From: Ylistrum balloti
Lineage: Eukaryota
Assembly: GCF_031769215.1 (NCBI RefSeq)
Contig: NW_026782212.1
Location: 620,001 to 684,000, forward strand
Length of the DNA: 64,000 bases
Direction: 5' to 3'
Shown: positions 51,231 through 64,000 of the stretch, piece after piece
Layout: each line of letters begins with the position of its first letter
How positions within the stretch are numbered: the first letter of the stretch is position 1
Notes under the pieces: model-generated
Database searches by the model: none
What the model saw: the letters and a program-made list of their open reading frames with translations, nothing else
Told to the model about the DNA's origin: nothing
Program-made: the position numbers and the translations under genes

Positions 51231-54200
51231 AAGATTGGCACTAATTTAATAATGTCACATTCCGTTGTTCAAGTAAAACTACAAAGGTAATGTAAGATGA
51301 CAAACACATACCATCTCGGAGTAATTTTCGAGGGTCCACATATACATTTTTCGCTCTTGTTTTGTCCTGTTTATATTGATTTATTGATGAAATGATATGT
51401 TGGTATTGTTTGTTATTTATGTTTGTAACATAATATTGTATATGATGTACCTTCAACATTGATTAACAACCCTCTTGAATCACAAAATTACGTTGACTGT
51501 TCCTCCAACAGTTTGTCAACAAACTATTCCAAATAACACTTATTCAGAATATTACTTTATACATTCTTCCTAGTATAGCTACCACTTTTAATGTCACAAT
51601 CATAATCCTTATACATACCACAGCAGAGTACTTAAACAATTCTTAAGTTTAACAAAAACGTGATGACTATAATCATAAAGATAAGTAACATTGTAAGCAA
51701 TGCTCAATCAATAAAAATAAATTAATACTTTTAGCTGAATTTTCGATACTAAATCTTACTCGTTGTACTAAAAGGACAGAGTAGCTGAATAACGCTTCAA
51801 AATACTGGTATTTGAATTGTGTGTTGCTAAACTGCTTCCTAGTTAAACTGTACATTCTATATTAGCATGAAGGTACACTAACTATACATAACGTGATTTA
51901 AATGATTCTAGATTCACGTTATAACAACAGACAAGTTCAATGTAATTTGTTTTATTTTACATGATTGCGTTCTAACTAGATAACGCAAAACTCGTTTGCC
52001 GCTATTTAACGCTAATTACACGTACAACAACTGTAAATTATAGTAAATAATAGCACCACATGCAACATTGTTACACCATGATAACCATGTGCTTCAAACT
52101 TGGCACCAAGGCTGTCGTAAGTTTTGCAGTTTCCTTTTGCGAATATCACTTACATTTAAGATTTAAAACGTTCTTATGTTTTATTACAGATAGTAATAAA
52201 ACGCTTGGCACCACAAGATGCGCCATTGCTTTGTTATTTAAAACGCTCGAGGGATTCTCCACGCGACACCCATGCACTCTGTAGGAAATTTAATCTATCT
52301 GGCGAAAAGCTAGAAATGCGACGTTTTACAGTGACGCACTCATCATCATATTTTAATCACTGCAAGTATTGTGTTCACGCCGAGCAGAGCCAAATCGATG
52401 GTAGAAAATACTTTATATGAAATAAGAAATTCACATTTAAAAATCTATAAACAAGCTCTTTCATGGTTATATCTAAGCTAACGTCCTCGTCTACTGTTAA
52501 GTACCGTTACAATTAGTATTATAAAATACAATCAACGACTCATAAGTAAAGAGTAGATAAACACTGCTATATATACACTGCTGGAAGGAATCGCTTCAAT
52601 CGGCTACACTCCTGGAGACTATGTCTGTTGGATATGAAGCAGGGAACGATTTTTCCCAGGATCTTGTGGTGGAGTTTGATATAGTGCGGGATGGGGTACC
52701 AGTCGGGATTAGAAGCTTGCTGCATGAAATCAAATTACTGTATCTGTGAAATATTTCATCTGATTTATCAAACGTATGCCTGCGTTCTTTATTACATGGA
52801 TGTCGTTCTATTCTGTGAATTGTTTCATCTGACATAAATTACTGTGACTAAAGTGACTTCATGATAAAACAATTAGATGACATCACACATTCAGAGATTA
52901 TATGACAATGGAAATCATATATATGTAGCCGCGAGGGTGTGAAATGTAATATGGAAAAAAAATATTATTACAATATTTGCATACATGTTTTCTCATGTGA
53001 TATAAATGATCCTAGATCCATTTCCATTACATTTGTGGTTTATTTAATTAGTTGCAAATATTTTATATTCGATCTCCTTAAATGAACATTGTTTATGGTC
53101 GTTTATCTAATTTTGCTCTTTACTGGCAGCTCATGTATTTGCATTCAGTATTAAAGCTAGCATACTGTTATCAGAGACTGCCTGTACCACAGTGTTAAAA
53201 ACACAAGACAAAACATACACTATTTGTTTGGCTCGCCAGATTATTTGCATTCTAAATATAACATTCTAAAACGGTCTTGATCATTGATCGGAAGAAGAAA
53301 GAATGACAATTTTTAAGAATCCACCAGAGGTAGAAACCAACAAGCACAGAGCTTTTATCCAGAAAGGCACAGAAACCTAAGAATTATACAAACATCGCTA
53401 CACCTAAATGTCCAACTTTGAACATCTTGTGTGATGAATATGATTTTTAAACAATATAATCAATTAACGAAAACATCAATGCTAATTGCGATTCAAACTT
53501 ATAAACTTTTCTAAGTAGTAATCAATATCTGTATTAGGTTAAGTTCGAGTGGCACGTTAATACCAGTCTCTCAAATGGTCTCCCTTTGTAAAGATTTCAT
53601 AACAAAGTGGCATTTGCTTTTTATTCATGGAAGCGCACATGATGATAAAAACCATGGGAAACATCCATACCATAGGTGTTTGATAATGGTAACCAAGCCT
53701 CGTTAATCTTCCAAAACCAAGTTCTGTCAGATGTCACTGGAGGAGGTAACATGTACTAAGTAGCACGATGCACCCTTCCTTGTTGAATTCAGTGATCAAA
53801 TTGACAGAGAATCAATGTTGCATGCGAATGATCAGGTGAACGATGTTACCTTCCTGTAATTACTAAGACCGATTACAATACCATACCATCACATCTGCCA
53901 GCAGATTCCTGGGTCATGTGCCTGCTGGCAACGTACAATGTCGCAATTCACTCATGAAAGTGAAGCTGATTTTATCATTAACGTATAAAACAGTGTATTG
54001 AAAAATGTGCATAAATCTTTGCATACGTTTTAACATATAAGCGACAAACTGGAGTCAACTTTCCTTGAAAAAATCATCACCGCCACTCCTGTCACCTCGA
54101 GTTAATGCCTTATAAAACATCTTATTTTTGTTTGGTTTGTATTATTTTAGTTTGAATGTTGTAATGCTTTTAGTAAAATCACGCTTTTATTTAGTTCAAG

Positions 54201-55406
54201 AATGTTTTGTGTGCAATATGTAATACAAAGCAAGTGATTTAAAGTGTATCTTTGGTTTTAAAACATTAATCGCGTAATGAATGTATACACCAGCAAAGAA
54301 AAATGACTGTTAGGTTGGAAATAAACCCTCGAAAATATGCGCCAATTTTGATGTTGAATAGACAGTGCTTTTAGATAATAGTAACTTGCTAGTTCATTGA
54401 ACTTTTCTATTTCATTGCAAATGAAAATGGATTATTGCGACTGTCGATCAAATGATAAGGTAAAAGAATGTCACAAATGTAAAAAAAAAATGAAACATGG
54501 ATTAAAAAATCAATATAGACAAAAGCTGCATTTAATCTTATGATAACATTTCTATATGTGACATTTGAAAATAATAATATTTTGAGAAGGTGTTGCGATC
54601 TATGAGAAACGCCTGTTTCATTCATCAAGCAAGTAACAGTGAACTTTTCTCGAAAATGATTGTAGCTTAAATGATAGCAGTCGGGAGGACTTATAGAATA
54701 TCAAAACAAATAAATGTTCAGTATGAATTCAGGGTTTTTTTATCAAGCTGGTACATCATATTACATTGGTGATTGGTGTTTGGAGCGATATTAAGCTATA
54801 TTGAAAATGGACCAAATGAATGACATTCAGTCGGCGTAGTCTTACTTTTGACAAGCTAGAGCCTGCAAAACAGTTATCGAATTTCTCATTTTTCATCTGT
54901 ATCCTTTTCAAAGTATGTCTATCAACTCACAATAATGACGCTCTAATAACTGAGTGTACATGCCATGTCATTTTCCTTTGTTTTATTATATACTACCTTG
55001 ATGTATATTTTGATCGTAATGACAGTTTTGATATAACAGTGCCGTTGATATGTGGTATCAATAAACAATCCATGTTTAGTTGTGAAATTTGTATTCCTTG
55101 TGTTTGTTCTAAGTGATAATTTATATACAATCGAAAAGGCTCTACAAGGCTTTGTCCTAATACCAAATTAATGTATTGGGTTGAACAACGTAATAATGTT
55201 ATTGAAAACGTATTCCAAAATTATTTATTTATTCATCTATTCACTTATCCAGAATTATTTCGAATATTAACAAGTGGTAAACGTTTTTACATTTTGATTC
55301 AAATTCATAAAATTTGTACGGATGGCAAAAGAGACATACAATTGAAAAGCATCTATCAAAAAACTTTAGATCAAAAAAACAGTAGCGACAAACAGTGAAC
55401 GAAACT

Positions 55407-55450
55407 GCAACATAGAGCGGTTTCGTCCTTCAAGGACACTTCAGTGACGC
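55407..55450 (-). ncRNA. minimal type I hammerhead ribozyme motif, copy C (A9U and G16.2C lesions)
   Basis: Minus strand: GCGTCA-CTGAAGT-GTCC-TTGAA-GGAC-GAAAC-CGCT-CTA-TGTTGC. Confidence 0.72.
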
Positions 55451-55690
55451 TTAAGGGCCTGGATATTGATACCTTGAAGGCAACATTCAAAGTCATCGGA
55501 AGAAAATCAAGATTGGGAGATGCCCTGGCCCTATTATTCAATAATTTTCATACTTTGCTATGTATCGGATAATGTAAGAACATCATCTTGAGCATGTTAA
55601 TATTTTGAACGATGCAACTATTTTAATGAATTGAAACGTAGTATGTAGGTTACGGCATGCCTCGAGGACTAAATGTCCAACAGTGGTGTC
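55451..55690 (-). mobile_element. hammerhead-bearing repeat family, copy C, 5' body
   Basis: TAAGGG immediately flanks the ribozyme as in copy B; AGGTTACGGCA block and a downstream ATCCAACA/GTCCAACA block are shared with copy B. Confidence 0.68.
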
Positions 55691-56559
55691 TACCTCATTC
55701 AATCTCGAAATACACAACTGAATAGCACTTTTTGATAAAACTTTAAAGCTAGACACAATATAAAATCACCAGTAATTACGTTACAAAAGTAATACACTAC
55801 TTGAATAGTATTTGCTGTCTCCACATCGCATATGTTAATTGGTTAAAACGTATAGGTCATATAGAATTGCAACTTGTGGGGATGGACCGCTGATTATATT
55901 GATGTTTCCTTGCCATGGTTTATTTATGCTTTACTAGTGCAGTATACTTTGTCTAGTTACATTAATTGAAGCGGATACATACAGAGACCGCCCTATGTAA
56001 AAAGACATACAAGTAAGATTATTGGAACGGTTCGGGTAACAAATCATAAAACTTCTATTTTTGACGACGTTTGCAATGCATGCTGTTTACAAGAAACAAT
56101 GATCTTTGCCACAATGCTTTTATTTTCTATTCTCTATTAGATTAACTGGTATTTCATACCTTCAGAACACAATGTATATGACATTCACATGATGATGATT
56201 TACATGATGTGAAGGCTAAATTATAGCACCATAACCAGCAAGCACCGACTATAGTTTCCAATATTAATGTAGTAAAGTTTGATAATTTGATAAAGAAATT
56301 ACGCCTTGACTGACTTTTTATTTGTCATAACGCATAGCTTGAATATCGCAAATACAGACCCCAATATAGTGTTGAGATATTTCTTTCATGTACATACAAG
56401 GATTGGTTGATAAGTTGTGAGCCTTGTATTGAAGAAATTAAGAAAGAATGTCCATTTCCATCACTACTATTCCCTGACTATTTAAGGATGTGTACCCAAA
56501 GACTTGTCATTTGGTCAGTTTATGTCGATGAGGTAGCAATTTAAAGTAAACACCGCAAG

Positions 56560-56858
56560 TGACTTTAGGAAAAAAGTCAAAATCAGCAGTGATCCAATAC
56601 CAATATAGGTATAGCAGCTATCCATACTGATATGGCAGCAACACTAGGGAACGATGCCCCTTTATATGCTGCAGTGAAAAGGTGGATGGCGGAATTTAAG
56701 CGTGGCAGACAGACCCTTGGGGATGACGCAAGTCCTAGAAGGCCTATCACTGTTTCATCCTCAAAAACAGTTTTTTTTTTAAATTCCATGATATTGTTAT
56801 GACTGACAGATAGATTACCTACAGCGAAATATATAACCAACACAGTTAAGATTTTGGA
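56560..56858 (+). mobile_element. Tc1/mariner transposase N-terminal (HTH) fragment, pseudogene
   Basis: + strand reads IHTDMAATLGNDAPLYAAVKRWMAEFKRGRQTLGDDASPRRPITV, then MTDR..TAKYITNTVKI, matching mariner IH.DM...LGDDAP...VKKW.AEFKRGR.SLEDD.RSGRP. No TIR or DDD domain seen. Confidence 0.87.
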
Positions 56859-57150
56859 CAAGTTTTAAGGTCGTCATAACGATCTCATTGGACAGTACGT
56901 CCGTGTGAGATATGAAGTTCGACGTGTTTGATGGTCGTCAACATTTCTAATGCTCCTGTTGTTTATGACCGTGTTCTCACGTGAGAAAATCGCATTACTT
57001 TCTGAGATTGACCAGGATTTACATGGCATGTGTCAACGAGAAACAAAAAGCGCGCCTCGTTCTGAGCACCTGATCATAGTCTTCTTGATATTTTTTCAGT
57101 GGTTTCCGTGTATATACTTCAGCGCTATGTTCATCAAAATGGAGTTTTGA
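56859..57150 (+). mobile_element. Penelope-like element 3' fragment
   Basis: KF*GRHNDLIGQY (cf. KFYGRHHDLVDRY) followed by a degenerate 3' module (GAAACAAAAAGCGC..TTCTGAGCACCTGATC). Confidence 0.68.
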
Positions 57151-57724
57151 TAAAAATATATCGTCATAACGTATTTTCTTAATGTTTTTTTATTATTATT
57201 ATTCACTTGCCGTTCCTTAAACTTTACTTTGTTAACTGCTCCCTTCAATAGTATATGCATCTAGTTATTTATTGTCATGGAATAGCAATGCGGCGGTCTC
57301 ACGTTAACCAAAGTAAGTGCTGGCTGGCGGAATGATACTAAGCACCATACAAAACGTTATTTAGACATAGCGTTGACAATTAGACTATTACGACTGCACT
57401 GGAGACAAATTGTACCAGAAAATATTGAGATCAAATAGACAGAGTGGTCATTAGTGCCAGTGCTGTTTGTTGTTTAGCAGAGGTGATCGATTGTTTTGTA
57501 CCGTATATATAACTTATTTACTGAGTAAGCAGACATTCCCGACAGACATACCATTGACTCTTTATGATATGTTACGTTACGTATATTTACGTAAATGTTA
57601 TATACAGTTTGTCGATTACCTCTAACTTAAAAGGTATAATGAAAGGCACATAAGCCAAATCGGTATTCCTTGATAGGTCACCACTAAAGGTACTTGTATT
57701 AAACACGTGACCCTACCACAAAAA

Positions 57725-57869
57725 NNNNNNNNNNNNNNNNNNNNNNNNNNNNNNNNNNNNNNNNNNNNNNNNNNNNNNNNNNNNNNNNNNNNNNNNNNNN
57801 NNNNNNNNNNNNNNNNNNNNNNNNNNNNNNNNNNNNNNNNNNNNNNNNNNNNNNNNNNNNNNNNNNNNN
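57725..57869. other. assembly gap (N run)
   Basis: Run of N. Confidence 1.
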
Positions 57870-57989
57870 TTATGTATTCATCATACTGCATCATATCGTC
57901 ATTTCGTTTTGTAAGGTTGTGTTATGCTAGTCTTTTTAACTGTGGAACATAGTCTTTCAAGGATCTTATTTATTTCTTTCTACAGCAAT

Positions 57990-58365
57990 CCAGTGCCCCT
58001 GACATACCCTGTAGTGTCAGATACGTCAGATACCTGTTATATATAGTTGTAAAGTAAAATACAGTATCCTAACATACTCTGTAGTGTCAGATACCAGTTA
58101 TATATAGTTGTAAAGTAGAATACAGTGTCCTGACAAACCCTGTAGTGTTAGATACGTCAGATACCTGTTATATATAGTACTAAAGTAGAATACAGTCTCT
58201 GACATACCCTGTAGTGTCAGATACCTGTTATATACAGTTGTAAAGTAGAATACAGTGCCTCAAACATACTCCGTAGTGTCAGATACGTCAGATACGAGTT
58301 ATATATAGTTGTAAAGTAGAATACAGTGTCTTTTACATACTCTGTAGCGTCAGATACCAGTTGTA
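57990..58365. repeat. minisatellite with alternating ~70/~61-bp units
   Basis: GTAG(T/C)GT(C/T)AGATAC anchors at 58011, 58081, 58142, 58211, 58273, 58344. Confidence 0.92.
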
Positions 58366-60089
58366 TGAAGTCATCATCGGTATCTTCATTGATCGTGGTA
58401 TTTCAGATCGTTACTGTGTGTGTAAGACCTACACGTATCCTTACCACAATACAGTTACTCCTGCTACCAACAGAAAACACAAACTACATTAAGACATTCA
58501 TACATTATTTCAGATATCAGCTGAAACGTTAGACATCATTGTATTATAAGGAAACATTGTTTACCTTCAGCGTCATATGCTGACATCTGCTGGTACACAA
58601 AACCATTATTACATCCATAGACGGAAGTCCAAAAATTATATTATTAAGTCAAAACACAAAAATCGTTATCGTGCAGCTCTCTTGTACCGTATTTATTACT
58701 TGTTATGTGATACCAACGACCATGAAGAGTTCTGTACTCCGACGGGATTACGAAGTGTCAAATTAAGACTTCAGAAAAAATTATAGTTACATTACTTCTA
58801 TGCAGGATCCATTGTTTTTGCCTCAGGACACAGTAAATTTGTTCAGTTGACAGTATGGCGCAGGTGTTTGTCTAACGTCATCATATTTGTAAAATTGTGT
58901 TTCTTATCAGTTGTCTCTGATAGGAAAAGACGAGTGTTAAGATATATTTGGTGGATATCATTATACAAACTCCACATTGCATAACAATGAGGACAAATCA
59001 TGTTAAACGACACATGCACAGTCTAAAATAGATTCTGATGCCAAACAACAGATGCACAGTATTAGACAGAATGTGCTACACGGAATGACTGATGTACAGT
59101 ACGACAGTATAACACATAAATTCAGACAATATTTTAAGAATAAACTATATGTACTTATATACAGTGAGACAGACATACAGTTTAAGACAGAATTTGAAGA
59201 TTAAACTATTGCTGTACAGTATAAACACATGATCTTGACGACAGATGAATAGTATAAGGCAGATTCTGATGACAAAACAATGGATGTGTGTACAGTGTAA
59301 AACACTATGAAATCGATTCAGAGGATGAAATGGCAGACCTAAGACAAAACCTCGGATATCACATGTATGAGAAACAGTAGCAGCACTTAACATGTTTTTA
59401 ATGAATATCAATCATATGTGCGGATCATACATTATGGAAACTGTGTTTGTCAAGGAAAGCAAACAATTTATGAATGCATACGGAAACCGAAAAAGGACAA
59501 TTTTGGTCAACGATTATTCAAAGTGCAAAAAGTTCACAACCTTCACATATATACACACCTTACATTATATACAAGCTTAATTATGCTGAAAAAAGGCGAC
59601 TGAACAAACAGAATTATACTAATAAAGTGTTCGGTTTTGTTTCTGGAAAGTGTAAATAAGCAGTGGAGATGGTCATATGCCCCTGGCTAATCAGCTGTAA
59701 TGATGTTAGTGTAGTCTGTGGTTTGACGGGACCAACATGGTGACCTGACGGCTATACTAATCCGTATTGATAGCCAAGATCTTAAAGTGCAACTTAAAAG
59801 GCTTTAACGGATAACCTGTCATTATTGTTGGTTTCCTCATGTCTTTAACAGGTAGGGTCCTCAACGATTGTCTTTAAAACGTGTCAACATATGGTACATT
59901 TTATTGTGACGTCAATGCTGACTCTATTACAGCTCCCAAAACGTCTCTGCAGACACCAGTTAAAGTATTTGTTTTTCCTTGCCATCTTTCGGTAAAAAAT
60001 TAAATTGCCCTTTTCTGCCTTTTTGTTATATTCGTGACCATATTGGTAATGGCCATTCCTTCAATACGTTAGTACATTAATTCTATAAA

Positions 60090-60590
60090 ACACAGAAATA
60101 AAGAAAATACCAACTTATCAATACAACTATAATGAAAATTCAAGTTTCAGAAAAATAAGGCAAAGATTCACACGGAGGCTACTGAAAAAGAAGAAGGAGA
60201 ATAAAACCAGGTGTTCCGGAAGAGTAAGAGTCTTCTGTTTCATCGACGACACCCGTCATGTAAACCATGGTCTATCCAAATAAGTATGTAATGTCGCGTT
60301 CTTAACTTAGAACATGTATACAACAACGGAACCATCAGGCAAACTAACAAGCATGGAATACATCCAGTGTCATATCGCACCAGGAAATAGTATATTTATC
60401 AATGATATCACTATGGCGACCATAAAACTTTCCCTAAAGTAGTGACTCTGACGTTAATGTACTTGATGTTAGGCACTCCCTTCAACAAAAGCATTTTCTT
60501 GTACAGTTACCAACAGCTATACGGCCACAAACTGACTCTTCTTCAGATGTCCTGATGATTTGTCCTCTTATGAAATACATGTATCCATAA
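60090..60590 (-). mobile_element. Penelope-like element 3' fragment with the best-preserved 3' module
   Basis: Minus strand reads ..FYGRHSDIIDKYTISWCDMTLDVF, then GACGGGTGTCGTCGATGAAACAGAAGACTCTTACTCTTCCGGAACACCTGG and a GTTGGTATTTTCTT tail. Confidence 0.8.
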
Positions 60591-61729
60591 TTAAATTCAG
60601 ACTATCTAATTACACTCGTAAAACTCTGGTAGTTGGTAAACAATTGTGCATCACAATTTCAGTTTAAATCATAAATATGGCTTTGAATAATTGGGATACT
60701 TAAATGCTTTGGATAGAGCACTAACTATGGAAACAACGAGGACCGATTGGTCGTATCATAGCAACATTTCATAGAAACAGAAAACCTTATTTTACTAACT
60801 GACGTTAATGTCTTATTCCGTCCTAGATCAGTTACTCACAGAAACGGTAGACGTGTTTATACCCCAGTTTAGGAATAATTACAGAAACCACAATCACTCA
60901 AACCAAATTATCATGCCTTTTTATACTGAGGTACTTGTACGTTAACGTTTGTGTTATTTCTCTGCAAATATTAAGACCAGTAATTAGTTAAGAGCTCCTC
61001 GTCAATACCATTTATTAAATAGTACATATATCGAATGGATCAGATAATCAAATTTCATTAAGAATTTTTAACAGCAAAAATACTAGAAAGGTATTCAATC
61101 AGTTATTTTTAAAGGCCTCTTCAAAATGAGTCTATGAAAAAGATGATATTCCAAAATATTCTGGGCAACCACGTATGTACCAGGATTTTTTTACCCTTAA
61201 AATCACGTGAACGTTGCACTTTCGTTTGAGATAGTAAAACCCATTACATTAGCCCTATGAAGCTCAGTGAACCGTGTGTTGATACAATGATGTATGATTA
61301 TTGTGCATATGTAGATGTCAATGGAAAAGCCAATAAAATGGCAAAACTAAATAAAAAATAATCTGGCAAAGCGCTTCCATTCTCGAAAACATGTGGTCAA
61401 CAAATTTACGTAATAAACGATAACTTCACTTACATAAATCCAAGGTCGATATTTTGCTTTCGTAATGGGACCGGTCGAGTTTTTCATGATTACAATATCA
61501 AATAATGTGTGGCACTTGTGAGAGATGCAGAGACCTTTGGTTAGTCATGACAACAAAATATTTTGAAATATAAAATGGCGACCTTAAGATAAACGTACAC
61601 CTATCACCCTTTTCAATCTGCATTTGTCGGAATCAAGTTTTGTGTGTTTGTTAATTTTTTAATGACTAATGGTCTTATTCGTAAAACAGCTCTTTTGATG
61701 GTGTCTCCGTGCCGTCACTGATATTGAAA

Positions 61730-61925
61730 AGGTGATGTCACCCAAGGACATATTACCAATTCTTTATGGTGATATCACTCACGTAGTTACATCCATTTAT
61801 TCTGCATTAATGATATCAATATAACAACTTGGAGATTTAACTATAAAATTTGTGATATCACCGATTGGAAATAGATTGATGATATCAGCAATTTAAAATG
61901 AATAATTGGTGATATCATGTAATCA
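61730..61925. repeat. cluster of TGATATCA palindromes (degenerate repeat)
   Basis: GGTGATATCAC/TGATATCA occurs five to six times at 30-45-bp spacing. Confidence 0.5.
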
Positions 61926-62789
61926 TTTGAGTGATGTCATATAAGTGGATTTAAAAGTAAAACGGCACCCAATAAATGTGTTCATGATCATGCAATGGTT
62001 AACTACACACAACACCTTAAGAAACTTCTTTATCGTGTAAGGCCATAAAGAGTTTTTGTCGTAAATAGAAATAAGTTTGAAATTAAGTCCAGAATACCTC
62101 AACCAGGGGTTGCAATTTCAATGTTCTATTGCGAGCAATTTCTTCCCCCAAAATCCATGATGAATGCGACCGAAATTGCAGCCTGTAAATTTAAACAAAC
62201 ACAAAAAAATGAAATGACTGATTCAGCAAAGACAGAAAACAAAAGTTATTATTTTAGAGCCGCAATCTTGCTTTTAATTTGAAATTAAATTCCTCGGATC
62301 AATTGCATGGAGGTAATTATGGAACCGCTTGGGAAATCCGGAATCTCGTATTTTGTTCTCAGTAGACTCCTTCTCCGGTTTCTAAAATCAATATTGCATG
62401 TTACATTGCTCTAAACATGAGCACTGGTTTATTAAAATCTGTCACAACCCATACATATAATTTCAGTTTCAGATATCATCACAGTGTCATGTCTTGTCCT
62501 AATTCACATAAAAAATTATGACGTTGACGTAAGGGGGATATAATGATAATAACTGAAACCTGACAACAACCAAAAGATAAATAGTACAGCAATGTAACCT
62601 ACACCTCCAGAAGGTACTAATGAAAACTAAAGAATACATATTCAAGAGAATGTATTTTAAAAAGCTGCATTTAGTTTTTATTCCCCTATATATTTTATCG
62701 AAGATCTGACCCAAACAGGTCAAAAAGACCTTGCAAAGTACATCAGATTCACTTCAGATATACTGACATCTTGTCTTGACATTCTTTTT

Positions 62790-63250
62790 ATGAAATTTCC
62801 ATTTCAGGTTAGAAACATTTCTGTATATTCAATTTGTGGTGTTACCATGTCAGAGATGATTTGATATTCAAAGGCGTGTTCCTACTTTCGGTTTTCACGA
62901 TTTTCGTGCAAGACGTTGACAACTGACTGACAAACTTGCAACAAATAGTTTCGAGAGGTTCATGTTAATTTTACGGTCGTCGTAGTGATCTATAAAAATG
63001 TTCTATTTTTTTGTAAGGAACGAAGTTGTACTTGTTTGATGCTCCTTAACTTGTGTTTTGGATCCGGTTTTGCATACTTTTCATTTCGCAACGTAACAGT
63101 ACTTACTTTATGACCAAATTTAAACGGCAGTTGTCGTCGATAAAGCAGAAGCCGCTTACTCCTCCGGAATACCTGGCTCTATTCTCCTTGTCCTTTTTCC
63201 AATGTATCAGCGTAAATCTTTCATTTGTTCGATGTTTTGCCTAGTTTTTT
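62790..63250 (+). mobile_element. Penelope-like element 3' fragment (RT thumb plus 3' module)
   Basis: FPFQVRNI...SEMI*YSKACS; FHDFRARR*QLTDKL; FYGRRSDL; then GTCGTCGATAAAGCAGAAGCCGCTTACTCCTCCGGAATACCTGG at 63136-63180. Confidence 0.82.
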
Positions 63251-64000
63251 TTTCAGTTTGAGATTTTTCATAGATATATATATATTAAATAGCTAACAGA
63301 TTAGATTAGCAATCGCTACAAGTTTCATAATGGGTGGAATGCTCATCAGCAGAAAATTTGAGGTGTAGGAGTTTCTTTATGGGAGGATTAACTGGAATAA
63401 AAAGCATACTTAGCAAATTCTATCTCGACACATTTTGGATGAAACTCCTCATCTATAATATATATAATGGGTCTAAGGCGACCGAGCGAAATTATCAAAT
63501 GGATAGAGTTTCTAATCGACCATCTGAGATTAAAACGCTAACAGTTACAGGAGAATAGCCTTAGTAAGGAATAATATTGTGTATGCCGCATGTAGACACA
63601 CATTCAGATCTGGATATAAAATCTGCAGTATGAAATTGCATTTGATTTTAGGAAAAAGAAAATCAGATACCACGAACGAAGGAGAAATTTGTCATTATCT
63701 CCAGTTGCCATCGTTGCTTGCGGTTGCAAAAGGCAACATAATCGGATTTTTTTTATAAAAAAAGGCTGTGGGTTTCTAATAGTTTTTTTTATGTTTTTGA
63801 TGAAGATCAAATGCATAAACCTTTAAAGATAAATCCATAACATTGAAAATAAGTTATAGTATCTCCCTTTGGCAAGGAACAATATTCATCACAATTCAAT
63901 AGACATAGCTAGGGTGGAAATAAAAATAGAAAATAAGTTTTCTTTTTTGGACTGGGCTTAGGTGTTTGCTTCTCACAAATTGGAATCAAAATGCTCGTTA

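Noticed and set aside
52190-52400. Possible exon after acceptor TTCTTATGTTTTATTACAG
   Set aside because: Weak donor, unrecognised peptide, no partner exons found.
60552-60585. CTGATGA..GAAA-TACATGTA-TC hammerhead-like string
   Set aside because: Palindromic helix III present, but stems I and II cannot form.
62104-62120. CAGGGGTTGC as a hAT-like terminal inverted repeat
   Set aside because: No matching opposite end or TSD found.

Overview
AT-rich (roughly one-third GC by eye, not computed) eukaryotic scaffold with three N gaps. The repeat content resembles bivalve-mollusc genomes; this host assignment is inference. No host protein-coding gene, rRNA, intact tRNA or CRISPR array can be supported, so the window looks intergenic or deep intronic. 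It holds about ten mini/microsatellite arrays, several with higher-order structure. Decayed mobile elements include at least seven pieces of a Penelope-like (Naiad/Chlamys-type RT) family, an RTE-X-like LINE 3' end, an RNase H-bearing I/Nimb-type LINE 3' end, a mariner fragment and two SINE-like remnants. There is also a young 1,276-bp foldback DNA element with ~498-bp TIRs and an 8-bp TSD. The most notable signal is a dispersed family of ~250-290-bp elements ending in a minimal type I hammerhead ribozyme motif, seen in three copies. In one copy the 45-bp ribozyme motif itself has been amplified into a six-unit tandem array. Each copy carries a different core lesion, but their consensus is a canonical hammerhead.
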